The notes beneath the pieces were generated by a model. It was not told where the DNA came from, did no database searches, and saw only the letters and a program-made list of their open reading frames with translations. This document shows positions 18,189 to 29,463 of a stretch of 64,000 nt of DNA, piece after piece; position 1 is the stretch's first letter; the number at the start of each line of letters is the position of its first letter. Location of the stretch: NCBI GenBank assembly GCA_025362585.1, contig JANYFR010000045.1:2110-66109 (forward strand), written 5' to 3'. The DNA is from Acidimicrobiales bacterium. GTDB lineage: Bacteria; Actinomycetota; Acidimicrobiia; Acidimicrobiales; RAAP-2. A program made the position numbers and the translations under genes.

Positions 18189-19445
18189 TTATTTGCCCCA
18201 GGCCGGCTTCGGGTAGACAGGCTTCGCCGACTTGGGGTCAGACGTCGGATTGATCTGGACGAACTTCGTCCCCGACGTACCCTGCCACTGGAAGGTGTAG
18301 GTCAGCGACTGGAAGTTCTGGCCCGCGTTATTGAACTTGACGTTGCCCTCGACGCTCTTCATCAGGACACCCGAGTGGAGGTACTTGATGATCTTCGCGT
18401 TGTCCACACCACCCGTAGCGACGATCGCCTGCGCGGCGACCTGGCCCACGGAGTAGGCCTCGGCGATGTCGGCGTTGACGCCTGCGGCGTTGCCCCCGTA
18501 CTGCTTGATGTATTCGGCCACCATCTTCCGCGAGGCCGGCAGCGCTGAGCCGCCATACCAGGAGTTCGGCACCATAATGCCGTCCGCGTTTGCCTTGCCC
18601 ACGGCCTTTAGAAACGCTGCGCCCTGGTCGGGTCCGGCGGTAGCGATCATGGCCTTGGGATTGAAGCCCGACTGCTCAAAGGCCTGCATGAACGACGACA
18701 CCGTCGGAACGTCGACCGAACCGAGGAGGACCACCTGGGGCTTCGCCGCCGCGACCGCGTCAGCGATGGGCGTGAAGTCGGTCACTTCGGAGGGGAAGAC
18801 CTTGTTGTAGACGGTCTTGATGCCGGCCTTCTCCATGATCTTCTGGGCGACGGGCAGCTGGGGCTGGGTGAAGGGGTCATTGGACGTCACGTACGCCGCG
18901 GTCGTCGGTCGCTGGCTCTTGGGCAGCGACGAAATCCAGGTCGCGAAGGGCACCAGGGCGTTCGCGATGGGCAGCGTCACGTCAAAGACGTTGTGCAGTC
19001 CGGCACTAAAGACCGACGGTGCGCCACCGGCGCCCTCAATCATGGAGTAGCCGAATCGTGAGGCGGCCTTGGCCGCCGGGATCGTCAACAGGGACGAGAA
19101 CGGCCCGAAGACCAGGTTGACGTGCTTCACCGCTATCAGATTCTGGATGTTGGTCTGCACCTGGTCCGCCTTAGAGGCGTCTGACACAAAGGTCAGCACG
19201 ACCTTGTGTCCGAGGAGGCCGCCGGCCCGGTTGACGTCAGCCGCCCAAAGCCGGTACCCCTGCTGGAAGGCAATGCCGTCGGCCGAAAAGTCGCCGCTCA
19301 GTGAGAGCGAGATGCCGATGTTAATGGGCGCGCCTTTGGCGAGTCCGCTCGAGCTGGCGCCACTCGTGGTCGCCATCGTGACTGCTGATGAGACTGCGAG
19401 CGAGCTCACAGCAAGCGTGCGAAAAAGTTTCCCTTTTCTGTTCAT
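18189..19445 (-). CDS. LIV-type (periplasmic binding protein type 1) ABC substrate-binding protein
   Basis: Signal peptide, then INIGISLSLSG, ADVNRAGGLLGHKV and GPFSS. Confidence 0.88.
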   Translation of the reverse strand: MNRKGKLFRTLAVSSLAVSSAVTMATTSGASSSGLAKGAPINIGISLSLSGDFSADGIAFQQGYRLWAADVNRAGGLLGHKVVLTFVSDASKADQVQTNIQNLIAVKHVNLVFGPFSSLLTIPAAKAASRFGYSMIEGAGGAPSVFSAGLHNVFDVTLPIANALVPFATWISSLPKSQRPTTAAYVTSNDPFTQPQLPVAQKIMEKAGIKTVYNKVFPSEVTDFTPIADAVAAAKPQVVLLGSVDVPTVSSFMQAFEQSGFNPKAMIATAGPDQGAAFLKAVGKANADGIMVPNSWYGGSALPASRKMVAEYIKQYGGNAAGVNADIAEAYSVGQVAAQAIVATGGVDNAKIIKYLHSGVLMKSVEGNVKFNNAGQNFQSLTYTFQWQGTSGTKFVQINPTSDPKSAKPVYPKPAWGK

Positions 19446-19695
19446 GTTTTCCCCCTGCGGTTGTTGAACCCTGAAAGACCCCCAAATACCTGCGACTCCA
19501 AGGTGATCACTCGGTGAGCGATTTCGTAACCATAACGACAGGGCCGTTCAAAGTAAAGCGCAGAACTGTCCAAAACGGCCCATTTTGCATGAAAAGAGTT
19601 CAGTCTGTCCTTTAAACGTTTTCAGGCAATTGCCCTATCGGCGACGAGTCTTCGTCCGTTACCATCGCCATCACGACCGTTGTCCTAGGAGGACC

Positions 19696-20766
19696 ATGAC
19701 TGACGTCTTGCTCGAAGCGGCAATCGCCAACTGGGAGCCCCGATTCACGGTCAACGGGGTCGACGCGAACGACTACGCACGCATCACGCGCAATCTCCAG
19801 CGATGGGACGAGTGGTGCGCGGCGTGGTGCGCCGGAGCCGAAGAGCACGTCACCCTTGGCGCCGAGGCACTTCGCGACGGCCGACACTTCAGTGCCGGCG
19901 AGGCCTTCGCTCGCGCGGCGACCTACTTCCACTTCGGCAAATTTCTCTTCGTTCACGACCATGATCAGGCGAGGGCGGCGCACGGGCGCGCCGTGGAATC
20001 ATTGAATCGAGCGACGCCGCTCTTTCGCCCCGGTGGCCAGCGCGTGGAGATCGCCTTCGACGGTTCGACAATCGTGGGGCTCTTTCGCCCCCCACACGCC
20101 AACGGTCCCCACCCGACGGTGCTCTTGATCCCCGGCCTCGACTCAACCAAGGACGAGTTCCGCGAGATCGAGCGATCCTTCCTCGAACGAGGCATGGCCA
20201 CGTTCGCCCTCGACGGCCCGGGCCAGGGCGAAGCTGAATGGACGTTGCCAATTCGACCGGACTGGGAGGTGGTCGGCGAAGCGGTCCTCGCCCGACTCGC
20301 CCAGATGCCCGAGGTCGACGCGACGCGCGTCGGCGTCTGGGGAGTCAGTCTCGGTGGCTACTACGCCGCGCGTCTCGCCAGCTCCAACCTGCCGATACGG
20401 GCCACCATCGCCCTCGCCGGGCCCTACGACCTCGGCGCGTCGTGGTCTAATCTCAACCCCCTCACCCGGCGCGCCTTCGAAGTGCGATCATTCTCCTCGA
20501 CCCCTGAAGAGGCCGAACTGCGGGCTCGAGATATGACGCTCGACGGCCTCGCCTCCAAGATCGCGATGCCGTTGCTCGTCATCATGGGGAAGAAGGACCG
20601 CCTCTTCCCGTGGCAGGACGGGGTGCGTCTGGCCGACGAGGCGCGCGGCGAATCGTCGGTCGTGCTGCTCGAGGACGGCAACCACGGCTGTGCCAATGTC
20701 GTTTATCGTCATCGTCCCCTCAGTGCGGACTGGATGGCCCAACGCCTCGAAATCGGGGCCCCCTAG
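19696..20766 (+). CDS. Alpha/beta hydrolase resembling 2,6-dihydroxypseudooxynicotine hydrolase
   Basis: Nucleophile elbow GVSLGG, PGLDSTK, DGPGQGE and C-terminal GNHG; helical N-terminal extension with WDEWCAAW. AGGAGG SD before ATG 19696. Confidence 0.8.
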   Translation: MTDVLLEAAIANWEPRFTVNGVDANDYARITRNLQRWDEWCAAWCAGAEEHVTLGAEALRDGRHFSAGEAFARAATYFHFGKFLFVHDHDQARAAHGRAVESLNRATPLFRPGGQRVEIAFDGSTIVGLFRPPHANGPHPTVLLIPGLDSTKDEFREIERSFLERGMATFALDGPGQGEAEWTLPIRPDWEVVGEAVLARLAQMPEVDATRVGVWGVSLGGYYAARLASSNLPIRATIALAGPYDLGASWSNLNPLTRRAFEVRSFSSTPEEAELRARDMTLDGLASKIAMPLLVIMGKKDRLFPWQDGVRLADEARGESSVVLLEDGNHGCANVVYRHRPLSADWMAQRLEIGAP

Positions 20767-20808
20767 TGTTTGGCCCGTCGTTTGCGGCAAATTTGGAGAG
20801 CCACTGCC

Positions 20809-22152
20809 ATGGCTGACGTCACGATGCCTCAGTTGGGCGAAACGGTCGCCGACGGCACGGTCACGAAATGGTTGAAGAGCGTGGGCGACGTGGTTACCCG
20901 GGGTGAGCCCCTCTTCGAGGTCTCGACCGACAAGGTCGACACCGAAATACCGGCACCCGCAGACGGCGTGCTCACCGCAATCCTCGTCAACGAGGGCGCC
21001 ACGGTCGACGTCGGGACGCGACTGGCCGTCATCGGTGCGCCGGGCGACATCGAACAGGTCGCACCCCCCGTCGTCGCCAGTGACCGCGCGCCGCTGTCCT
21101 CGACGAACAGACCGGAGTCGCGACGCGAACGCTCCAAGGGCGAGACACTCTCGCCCGTCGTGCGTCGCCTACTCGCCGAGCACGGCCTCGACGCCTCACA
21201 GGTAGTCGCCGCGGGGCCGGCGGGCCGACTCACTCGCGATGACGTCCTCGCCGCCGTCGCCTCGCGAACAGTGACGACCGGTGGCTCTGCGCTCTCGCCC
21301 GTCGTGCGACGACTGCTGGGTGATCAGGGTATTGATCCCTCCTCTTTGGTGGGGACGGGACCAGGAGGACGTCTCACGCGACGCGACGTGGAGGCGGCAA
21401 TTGCCGCGGGGACGACCGGGCGTGTTGTCACGTCAGCAACGGGTGACCAGGTCGTGCCCTTCACGAAGATTCGTCGGCTCACGGCCGAGCACATGGTCCG
21501 GTCTAAAGCCACCTCCGCCCACACCCTGATGGTGAAGGAGACGGACTACGAGCGCGTCGAATTGGTACGTCGGCGACTCGGACCGGCCTTCAAAGAAAGT
21601 GAGGGATTTTCTCTCACGTTTCTGCCCTTCAACGCCCTCGCCGCGCTCCAGGCACTGCGAGAGTTCCCACACCTCAACGCCTCGGTCGGTGACGACGAAC
21701 TAATCGTCCACCACGATCTCAACCTCGGTGTCGCCGTCGACCTCGACGGTGACGGACTGGTGGTGCCAGTCATCCGCCACGCCGCCGGCTACGACCTTCG
21801 CTCAATCGCGCGACGGATTCGCGAACTCGCGACGTCGGCGCGTGCGAAGCAGTTGACCGTGGACGATCTGGCGGGCGGCACGTTCACGATCACCAATCCC
21901 GGACCCTTCGGCACACTCCTGACGGGCGCGGTCATCAACCAGCCCCAGGTGGCGATCCTCTCCACCGACGGCGTCTCGCGCAAGCCGGTCGTGGCAGTAA
22001 CGCCCGATGGTGGCGAGTCCGTGACCATCCACTCGGTGGGCAATCTCGCACTCACCTTCGACCACCGGGCAATCGACGGGGCGTACGCCGCGCGCTACCT
22101 GAGCCGCGTGGCCGAGATCCTGCACACTCGCGACTGGGCCAGCGAACTCTAG
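20809..22152 (+). CDS. Dihydrolipoamide acyltransferase E2 (one lipoyl domain, two peripheral-subunit-binding domains)
   Basis: MPQLGETV...STDKVD lipoyl Lys, LSPVVRRLL twice, and catalytic DHRAIDG. Confidence 0.9.
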   Translation: MADVTMPQLGETVADGTVTKWLKSVGDVVTRGEPLFEVSTDKVDTEIPAPADGVLTAILVNEGATVDVGTRLAVIGAPGDIEQVAPPVVASDRAPLSSTNRPESRRERSKGETLSPVVRRLLAEHGLDASQVVAAGPAGRLTRDDVLAAVASRTVTTGGSALSPVVRRLLGDQGIDPSSLVGTGPGGRLTRRDVEAAIAAGTTGRVVTSATGDQVVPFTKIRRLTAEHMVRSKATSAHTLMVKETDYERVELVRRRLGPAFKESEGFSLTFLPFNALAALQALREFPHLNASVGDDELIVHHDLNLGVAVDLDGDGLVVPVIRHAAGYDLRSIARRIRELATSARAKQLTVDDLAGGTFTITNPGPFGTLLTGAVINQPQVAILSTDGVSRKPVVAVTPDGGESVTIHSVGNLALTFDHRAIDGAYAARYLSRVAEILHTRDWASEL

Positions 22153-22186
22153 AGTCTGAACGGCATCGCAGCAGTAGCCTTCGAAC

Positions 22187-22798
22187 ATGAAGACGCGGGA
22201 CCGTATTCTCGACGCCGCGGCGCTCGAGATTGAACGAAACGGAATGACGCAGTTCCGAGTGAAACGCGTCGCCTCCGAAGCTGACGTCTCGGTGGCGCTG
22301 CTCTACAGCTACTTCGATGACCGCGAAGACCTGATCGCCGCGACGATGGTACATCGCTATCGTCAGGTCCTCATCGGAACCGCCAAGATCTTCACCGAGC
22401 CCCTGAAGAACGTGGCGACGGGCGACGACCTACGCGCAGCCCTCCGCGTCATCATCGCCGACGCCCAGACTCCCGAACGAACCGAGGCGAGGAACCTGCG
22501 CATCGAGGGCATGTCCTTCGCTCAGCACAACCCCACCGCCCTCGCTGGCGTCGCTGACGCGAAGCGCGAGGCGAGCACCTTGATTATGAGCAGCGTCCAG
22601 CCCCTCGTCGACAAGGACCTCCTCGCCGACGGCATGAGCGGCGTCGCGTTCGCCAGAATCTGGTACGCATTGTTCTTTGGACAGATCGCTCTCGAGGGAG
22701 AGCACGCCCTCTCCATCGATGACGACGACTGGCTGCGGGCCCTGCAGGTGATCGCCGAATCGGCGATCCGCACGAACCGCAATATTCCAGTCCCCTAG
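22187..22798 (+). CDS. TetR/AcrR family transcriptional regulator
   Basis: N-terminal HTH TRDRILDAA...VASEADVSVALLYSYF. Confidence 0.85.
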   Translation: MKTRDRILDAAALEIERNGMTQFRVKRVASEADVSVALLYSYFDDREDLIAATMVHRYRQVLIGTAKIFTEPLKNVATGDDLRAALRVIIADAQTPERTEARNLRIEGMSFAQHNPTALAGVADAKREASTLIMSSVQPLVDKDLLADGMSGVAFARIWYALFFGQIALEGEHALSIDDDDWLRALQVIAESAIRTNRNIPVP

Positions 22799-22985
22799 CG
22801 TACTTGCGCCTCGCAATGCGAGGAGGGAGGTTCACTCGAATCAGCATCTTCCGACGGCCATTTCATCGAAGTGCTGATCGATGAACAGCGACGCGTGATG
22901 GTCGCCTTCCTCGAGGCGAGTCGATGCTCGTTTGACCCGTTAACGACCGTGGGTTCAACGGTGGTCGAGCGCTCGAGCGCCAATG

Positions 22986-23468
22986 TCAGCCCACGAATCG
23001 CGCCCGCGAGGCCTCGAGTTCCGCCAACGCCTCGTGGCGTCCGACGTAGTTCTCGACCTTTACCCACTTGCCTTCGTCGAGGTCCTTGTAGACCGTGAAG
23101 AAGTGGCTAATCCGGTCGAGGAGTTGTTGGGGCACGTCGGTGATGTCGGTCGCCGACTTCCACCGCGGGTCGTAGTTGGGAACGGTGATCAACTTGGCGT
23201 CCTCGCCCTTCTCGTCGGTCATCACGCACATCCCGAGGATCCGGGCCTCGATCAGGCACCCCGGAAATGTCGGGAACTCCGTGAGGACGAGGGCGTCGAG
23301 GGGGTCGCCATCGCCACCGAGGGTGTCGGGGATGAAACCGTACTCGGCGGGGTACCCCATCGCGACGATCAGGTGTCGGTCCAGCATGATCGTGTGCGAC
23401 TCGTGGTCGTACTCATACTTATTACGACTGTCGCGGGGTATCTCCACGACGACCTTTACCGTGTCCAT
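22986..23468 (-). CDS. ppa: Inorganic pyrophosphatase (family I)
   Basis: NKYEYD, YGFIPDT, DGDPLDALV and FFTVYKDL motifs. Confidence 0.95.
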   Translation of the reverse strand: MDTVKVVVEIPRDSRNKYEYDHESHTIMLDRHLIVAMGYPAEYGFIPDTLGGDGDPLDALVLTEFPTFPGCLIEARILGMCVMTDEKGEDAKLITVPNYDPRWKSATDITDVPQQLLDRISHFFTVYKDLDEGKWVKVENYVGRHEALAELEASRARFVG

Positions 23469-23657
23469 GAAATCGTCGGCTCCTCGATTGGTGTCGCCGC
23501 AACGACGACGCAGTTGTGGTCAATCGTAGCCATCCTCTCCACGCCTGCTTACCCGAGAATCGTCGCCCCAGACTCAGTTCACCGTTCGGGGACTGACGAA
23601 GGGGCGAGCGTAGACTTTGCCGTTGGGGTCGACGACTCGACGGAGATGGAGGTCTCG

Positions 23658-24512
23658 ATGGAGCGCATAGGTGTGGTGGGTTGTGGACTGATGGGATCGG
23701 GCATTGCCGAGATCGCGGCTCGAGCGGGCGCCGACGTCGTCGTCGTCGAGCGTGACGCCTCGGCGGTCGCACAGGGAGTGGCGCGAATCGAGCGCTCCCT
23801 CACCCGCGCCGTCGCCGCCGGCAAGATTCCCGACGATGAGGCCAACCGGACCCGAGGAAATCTGACCTTCGGCGAGGACTTCGCCATGCTCGCCGATCGC
23901 GAACTGGTCATCGAAGCCGTCGCCGAGGACGAAATCACCAAACTCGCGGTCTTTGAGAAACTCGACGACGTCGTCCTCGACCCCCGCGCCATCCTCGCCA
24001 CCAATACGTCGTCCATACCCATCATCAAACTGGCGATGGCGACCGACCGACCCGAGCAGGTCATCGGCATGCATTTCTTTAACCCGGTGCCGGTGTTGAA
24101 ACTCGTCGAGGTCATCTCGTCACTGCTCACCAGCGCGGAGACCACCGCGCGGGTCCACGCCTACGCCAGCGACGCGCTCGCGAAAAAGGTCATCTCCTCA
24201 AAAGACCGGGCCGGCTTCGTCGTGAACGCGCTCCTCATTCCCTATCTGCTCTCGGCGATCCGAATGCTCGAAACCGGCTTCGCCAGTGCCGAGGACATCG
24301 ACACCGGAATGGTCCTCGGCTGCGCCCATCCCCTTGGACCCCTGGCCCTGACTGACCTCATTGGACTCGACACCACACTCGCCGTGGCCGAGTCGCTCTA
24401 CGAGGAGTTCAAGGAGTCACACCTTGCTCCTCCGCCGCTGCTCTCTCGCATGACCCAGGCCGGACTCTTGGGCCGAAAGTCGGGTCAAGGTTTCTACTCA
24501 TACAAGGTTTGA
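23658..24512 (+). CDS. 3-hydroxybutyryl-CoA dehydrogenase
   Basis: GVVGCGLMGSG, IEAVAE, TNTSS, GMHFFNP and GFVVN motifs; GGAGG SD. Confidence 0.92.
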   Translation: MERIGVVGCGLMGSGIAEIAARAGADVVVVERDASAVAQGVARIERSLTRAVAAGKIPDDEANRTRGNLTFGEDFAMLADRELVIEAVAEDEITKLAVFEKLDDVVLDPRAILATNTSSIPIIKLAMATDRPEQVIGMHFFNPVPVLKLVEVISSLLTSAETTARVHAYASDALAKKVISSKDRAGFVVNALLIPYLLSAIRMLETGFASAEDIDTGMVLGCAHPLGPLALTDLIGLDTTLAVAESLYEEFKESHLAPPPLLSRMTQAGLLGRKSGQGFYSYKV

Positions 24513-24567
24513 GTCGTAACGACCTCACTCGCGTGACGACGTCGTCGCCGTGGACAACTCGCAGTAG

Positions 24568-25797
24568 TTAGGTCACCGCTGATCGCACGGCGAACTGCGG
24601 GTCACGGTAGGACTCGCTTGTCATGACGTCGACGATTCGTTGCACGGCGTCAAAGACGTCGACGTAGCGAAGGTAGAGAGGCGCGAAGCCAAACCGACAG
24701 ATGTCGGGCGCACGAAAGTCACCGACGACACCTCGCGCGATCAGGGCCCGGACAATGCCGTAGCCCTCGGGATGGGCGAGCGCCACGTGGCTGGCGCGCC
24801 GGCCGTGGTCGTGCGGCGTCACCAGTTTGAAGACACCGGGCAGGCGGTCATCAACGAGCTCGATGAAGAGGTCGGTCAGTGCGAGGCTCTTCGAGCGGAT
24901 CTGGTCCATCGTCGTGCGCTCGAAGACGTCGAGGGCGCCGTCGAGGGCGGCGAGGGCGATGATCGAGGGCGTCGACGTGACGAAGGCCTGCATTCCTGCG
25001 GCCGGTTCGTACGTCAGTTCAAAGTCGAACGGGCGGGCGTGGCCGAGCCATCCGGGCAGGGGGTTGCGCAGAGTCCCCTGCCACTGTGGGTGGACGTACA
25101 TGAACGCGGGAGCACCGGGCCCCCCGTTTAGGTACTTGTAGCCGCACCCGGCCGCGAAATCAACTTGCGCGTCGGTGACGTCGAGGGGGACAGCGCCAGC
25201 CGAGTGCGCGAAGTCCCAGAGCATCAACGCACCCACGTCGTGCACCTTTTTGGTAATGCCCTTCAGGTCGAGCATCTCGCCGGTGCGAAAGTCGACGTGG
25301 GTCAACTCGACCAGCGCGACATCGTCGTTCAGTTCGTCGTCCAGCCGGTCGCGGTCGATGGCTCTGACGGTGATGGGACGCCCGGCGCGCGCACAGACTT
25401 CCTCGATGATGTACAGGTCGGAGTGGAAGTTCGCGACGTCGGTCAACACCACGTGGCGATCGGGTCGCAGGTCGAGGGCGCCGCCGACCAGTTTGGCGAG
25501 GAGCAACGTCAGGGTGTCGGCGACGACGACTTCGCCGTGACGAGCGCCAATCAGCGGGGCGATCCGGTCGCCAATTCGCGTCGGCTCCGCCATCCATCCG
25601 GCCCCCCAGCCGCGCACGAGTCCTCGCGCCCACTCGTCGTCGAGCACCGCGTTGACCCGGGCGCGCACCGCTGTCGAGACTGGCCCCAACGAGTTGCCGT
25701 CGAGGTAGATCTCGTTCTCGTCGAGGGTGAACTCGGCGCGCAACTCAGCGAGTTCGTCACTCGCGTCGAGCGCCACGCAGGTAGCACGGGTCATCAC
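24568..25797 (-). CDS. kynU: Kynureninase
   Basis: YLDGNSLG, WDFAHSAG, PLP Lys in GCGYKYLNGGPG, and GDFRAPD. Confidence 0.93.
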   Translation of the reverse strand: MMTRATCVALDASDELAELRAEFTLDENEIYLDGNSLGPVSTAVRARVNAVLDDEWARGLVRGWGAGWMAEPTRIGDRIAPLIGARHGEVVVADTLTLLLAKLVGGALDLRPDRHVVLTDVANFHSDLYIIEEVCARAGRPITVRAIDRDRLDDELNDDVALVELTHVDFRTGEMLDLKGITKKVHDVGALMLWDFAHSAGAVPLDVTDAQVDFAAGCGYKYLNGGPGAPAFMYVHPQWQGTLRNPLPGWLGHARPFDFELTYEPAAGMQAFVTSTPSIIALAALDGALDVFERTTMDQIRSKSLALTDLFIELVDDRLPGVFKLVTPHDHGRRASHVALAHPEGYGIVRALIARGVVGDFRAPDICRFGFAPLYLRYVDVFDAVQRIVDVMTSESYRDPQFAVRSAVT

Positions 25798-26036
25798 CGA
25801 ACGAACTCACTTTCCACGTGCCGGGATACCGACGCTGCGCGGACGTCGCCAAAGCACGCCAAGCCCTCCATGATGTCCGTGTCGAAACAGCGCCCGATCT
25901 GGCGACCCACCGTCCAGACATGAGGTCGTCGCCCCGTCGCGAGACGCTCGTCGGGGCCGTCCTTCGAAACCGGCAACTGCAACGTCAAGAGATCAGACAG
26001 TCGCCGGTACGTCGAGTAGTTGTTCCCCTCGGTCAC
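25794..26036 (-). pseudogene. kynA: Internally deleted tryptophan 2,3-dioxygenase (kynA) remnant
   Basis: 80-aa ORF joining a TDO-like N-terminus (NYSTYRRLSDLLTLQLPVS...DE) to a TDO-like C-terminus (HVWTVGRQIG). Its stop overlaps the kynU start. Confidence 0.65.
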
Positions 26037-26074
26037 AGGAGAGACCTTACGCTGAGCTCACGCGGTCGATCGAC

Positions 26075-27754
<1,680 letters not shown>

Positions 27755-27834
27755 CTCTCCAGTGTGGCCCAAATGGCGAGGCTTGCGATTCGTGCGAGGG
27801 CAGGAAACCGACAACGTACCCGTACAATCGTCTG

Positions 27835-29283
27835 ATGCCCGAGAAGATCAAACTCGAATCGACCACGGGAACTGGCCATCGCCCGGCGCCCGACTGGATC
27901 ATTCTCTCCATTGCCTGCCTCGCCCAGTTCATGGTCGTCCTCGACGTCTCCGTCGTCAACGTGGCGCTGCCGCGAATGGGTCACGATCTCCACTTCTCCC
28001 AGTCCTCCGCCCAGTGGGTGATCAACGCCTACGTCCTCACGTTCGCCGGCTTCCTCCTGCTCGGTGGACGAGCCGCGGACATCTTCGGACGGCGCCGGGT
28101 CTACCTCACGGGACTGTTGATCTTCACCGCCGCGAGCGTGGGTGCGGGCTTCGCCGCGACCGGAACCCAGATCGTGGCGATGCGCGCGCTGCAGGGTGTC
28201 GGGGGCGCGATCCTTTCGCCGGCCACGCTAACCATCATCGTCACGACCTTCAGTGGACCGCGACTCCCCAAGGCCATTGGCGCCTGGAGTGCCGTCGCGG
28301 GCGCCGGCGGGGCCGTCGGTGGCCTGTTGGGCGGCATCCTCACCGGCTGGGCCTCTTGGCGGTGGGTCTTCTTCATCAACGTGCCTATCGGCATCCTCGC
28401 GGCGGTGATCGCCGTGATGTACCTGCGCGAGATGCGCAACCGCGAGGGCGCCGTCAAGCTCGACGTCGTCGGCGCGGCGCTCGTGACTGGATCGCTCGCC
28501 TCGCTGATCTACGGGGTCGTCAACACCACGACCAAGGGGTGGGCGTCGAGCTCGACGCTCGCGTGGTTCATCGCCGGCACCCTGGGACTGGCGGCCTTCG
28601 TCCTTTGGGAGGCGAAGGTCGCGACGCACCCACTCGTGCCGTTTCGCATCTTTCGTTCACGATCGCTCTCGACCGCCAATGGCGTCATGCTGTTGGTCGG
28701 CGGTGCCTTTTTCGCGATGTGGTACTTCCTGACATTCTACTTTCAGCACATCCTCGGGTACGGTCCCGTGAAGGCCGGCTTCGCCTTCCTGCCCATGGCC
28801 GTCGCCATCATTGCCGGTGCCCAGGTCAGTTCGCGAATCCTCGCCAAGACCGGGGTGCGCCCCCTCCTGCTCGTCGGAGCGTCATTCGCCACCCTTGGTT
28901 TTCTGTGGCTCTCCCTGATTACGGTGACGAGTTCCTATTGGAGCAACATCCTGGCTCCCTCCACGCTGTGCGCCTTCGCCATGGGACTGCTCTTCTCCCC
29001 GCTCGCCATGGCCGCGACCTCGAGCGTCGACCGAAAGGACGCCGGTCTCGCGTCGGGCGTGCTCAACACCTCGCGCCAGGTCGGTGGGTCGCTCTCGCTC
29101 GCGATCCTCGGCACCGTCGCCGCTGACCGCACACTGGCGTTACTGCACCACGGCAGCGCCGCGGCGCCCTCGCAGGTCGCCGGCTACCAACGGGCCTTCC
29201 AGATCTCGGCGGTCATCACGCTGGTGGCCCTCGCGATCAGCCTGACCCTTCCCCGCCACACCGGTCGGACGGCAACGAAATAG
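27835..29283 (+). CDS. DHA2 (EmrB/QacA) 14-TM MFS efflux transporter
   Basis: QFMVVLDVSVVNVALP, GGRAADIFGRRR and WRWVFFINVPIG motifs. Confidence 0.9.
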   Translation: MPEKIKLESTTGTGHRPAPDWIILSIACLAQFMVVLDVSVVNVALPRMGHDLHFSQSSAQWVINAYVLTFAGFLLLGGRAADIFGRRRVYLTGLLIFTAASVGAGFAATGTQIVAMRALQGVGGAILSPATLTIIVTTFSGPRLPKAIGAWSAVAGAGGAVGGLLGGILTGWASWRWVFFINVPIGILAAVIAVMYLREMRNREGAVKLDVVGAALVTGSLASLIYGVVNTTTKGWASSSTLAWFIAGTLGLAAFVLWEAKVATHPLVPFRIFRSRSLSTANGVMLLVGGAFFAMWYFLTFYFQHILGYGPVKAGFAFLPMAVAIIAGAQVSSRILAKTGVRPLLLVGASFATLGFLWLSLITVTSSYWSNILAPSTLCAFAMGLLFSPLAMAATSSVDRKDAGLASGVLNTSRQVGGSLSLAILGTVAADRTLALLHHGSAAAPSQVAGYQRAFQISAVITLVALAISLTLPRHTGRTATK

Positions 29284-29364
29284 GGCTGCGGCTCGCTGCC
29301 GGTTCGAGCGGACCGCCCTCCGCGCCCGACCAACTCCGCGTCACGTTCACGGCTATTCTCACGG

Positions 29365-29390
29365 GTGACAATTATCTGGACGATTGTCAC
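29365..29390. promoter_or_regulatory. Inverted repeat upstream of the nucleoside ABC operon, candidate operator
   Basis: GTGACAAT-N10-ATTGTCAC. Confidence 0.45.
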
Positions 29391-29463
29391 GACCGAGTAA
29401 AAGGTCGCACTACACGCTCAGACAGTCCTTCATGAGGATTGACTATCGATAAGGGAGAAACAA

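Noticed and set aside
22983-24512. 509-aa plus-strand ORF suggesting a fused or extended hbd
   Set aside because: The first ~225 codons are antisense to ppa; the real start is ATG 23658 with a GGAGG SD.
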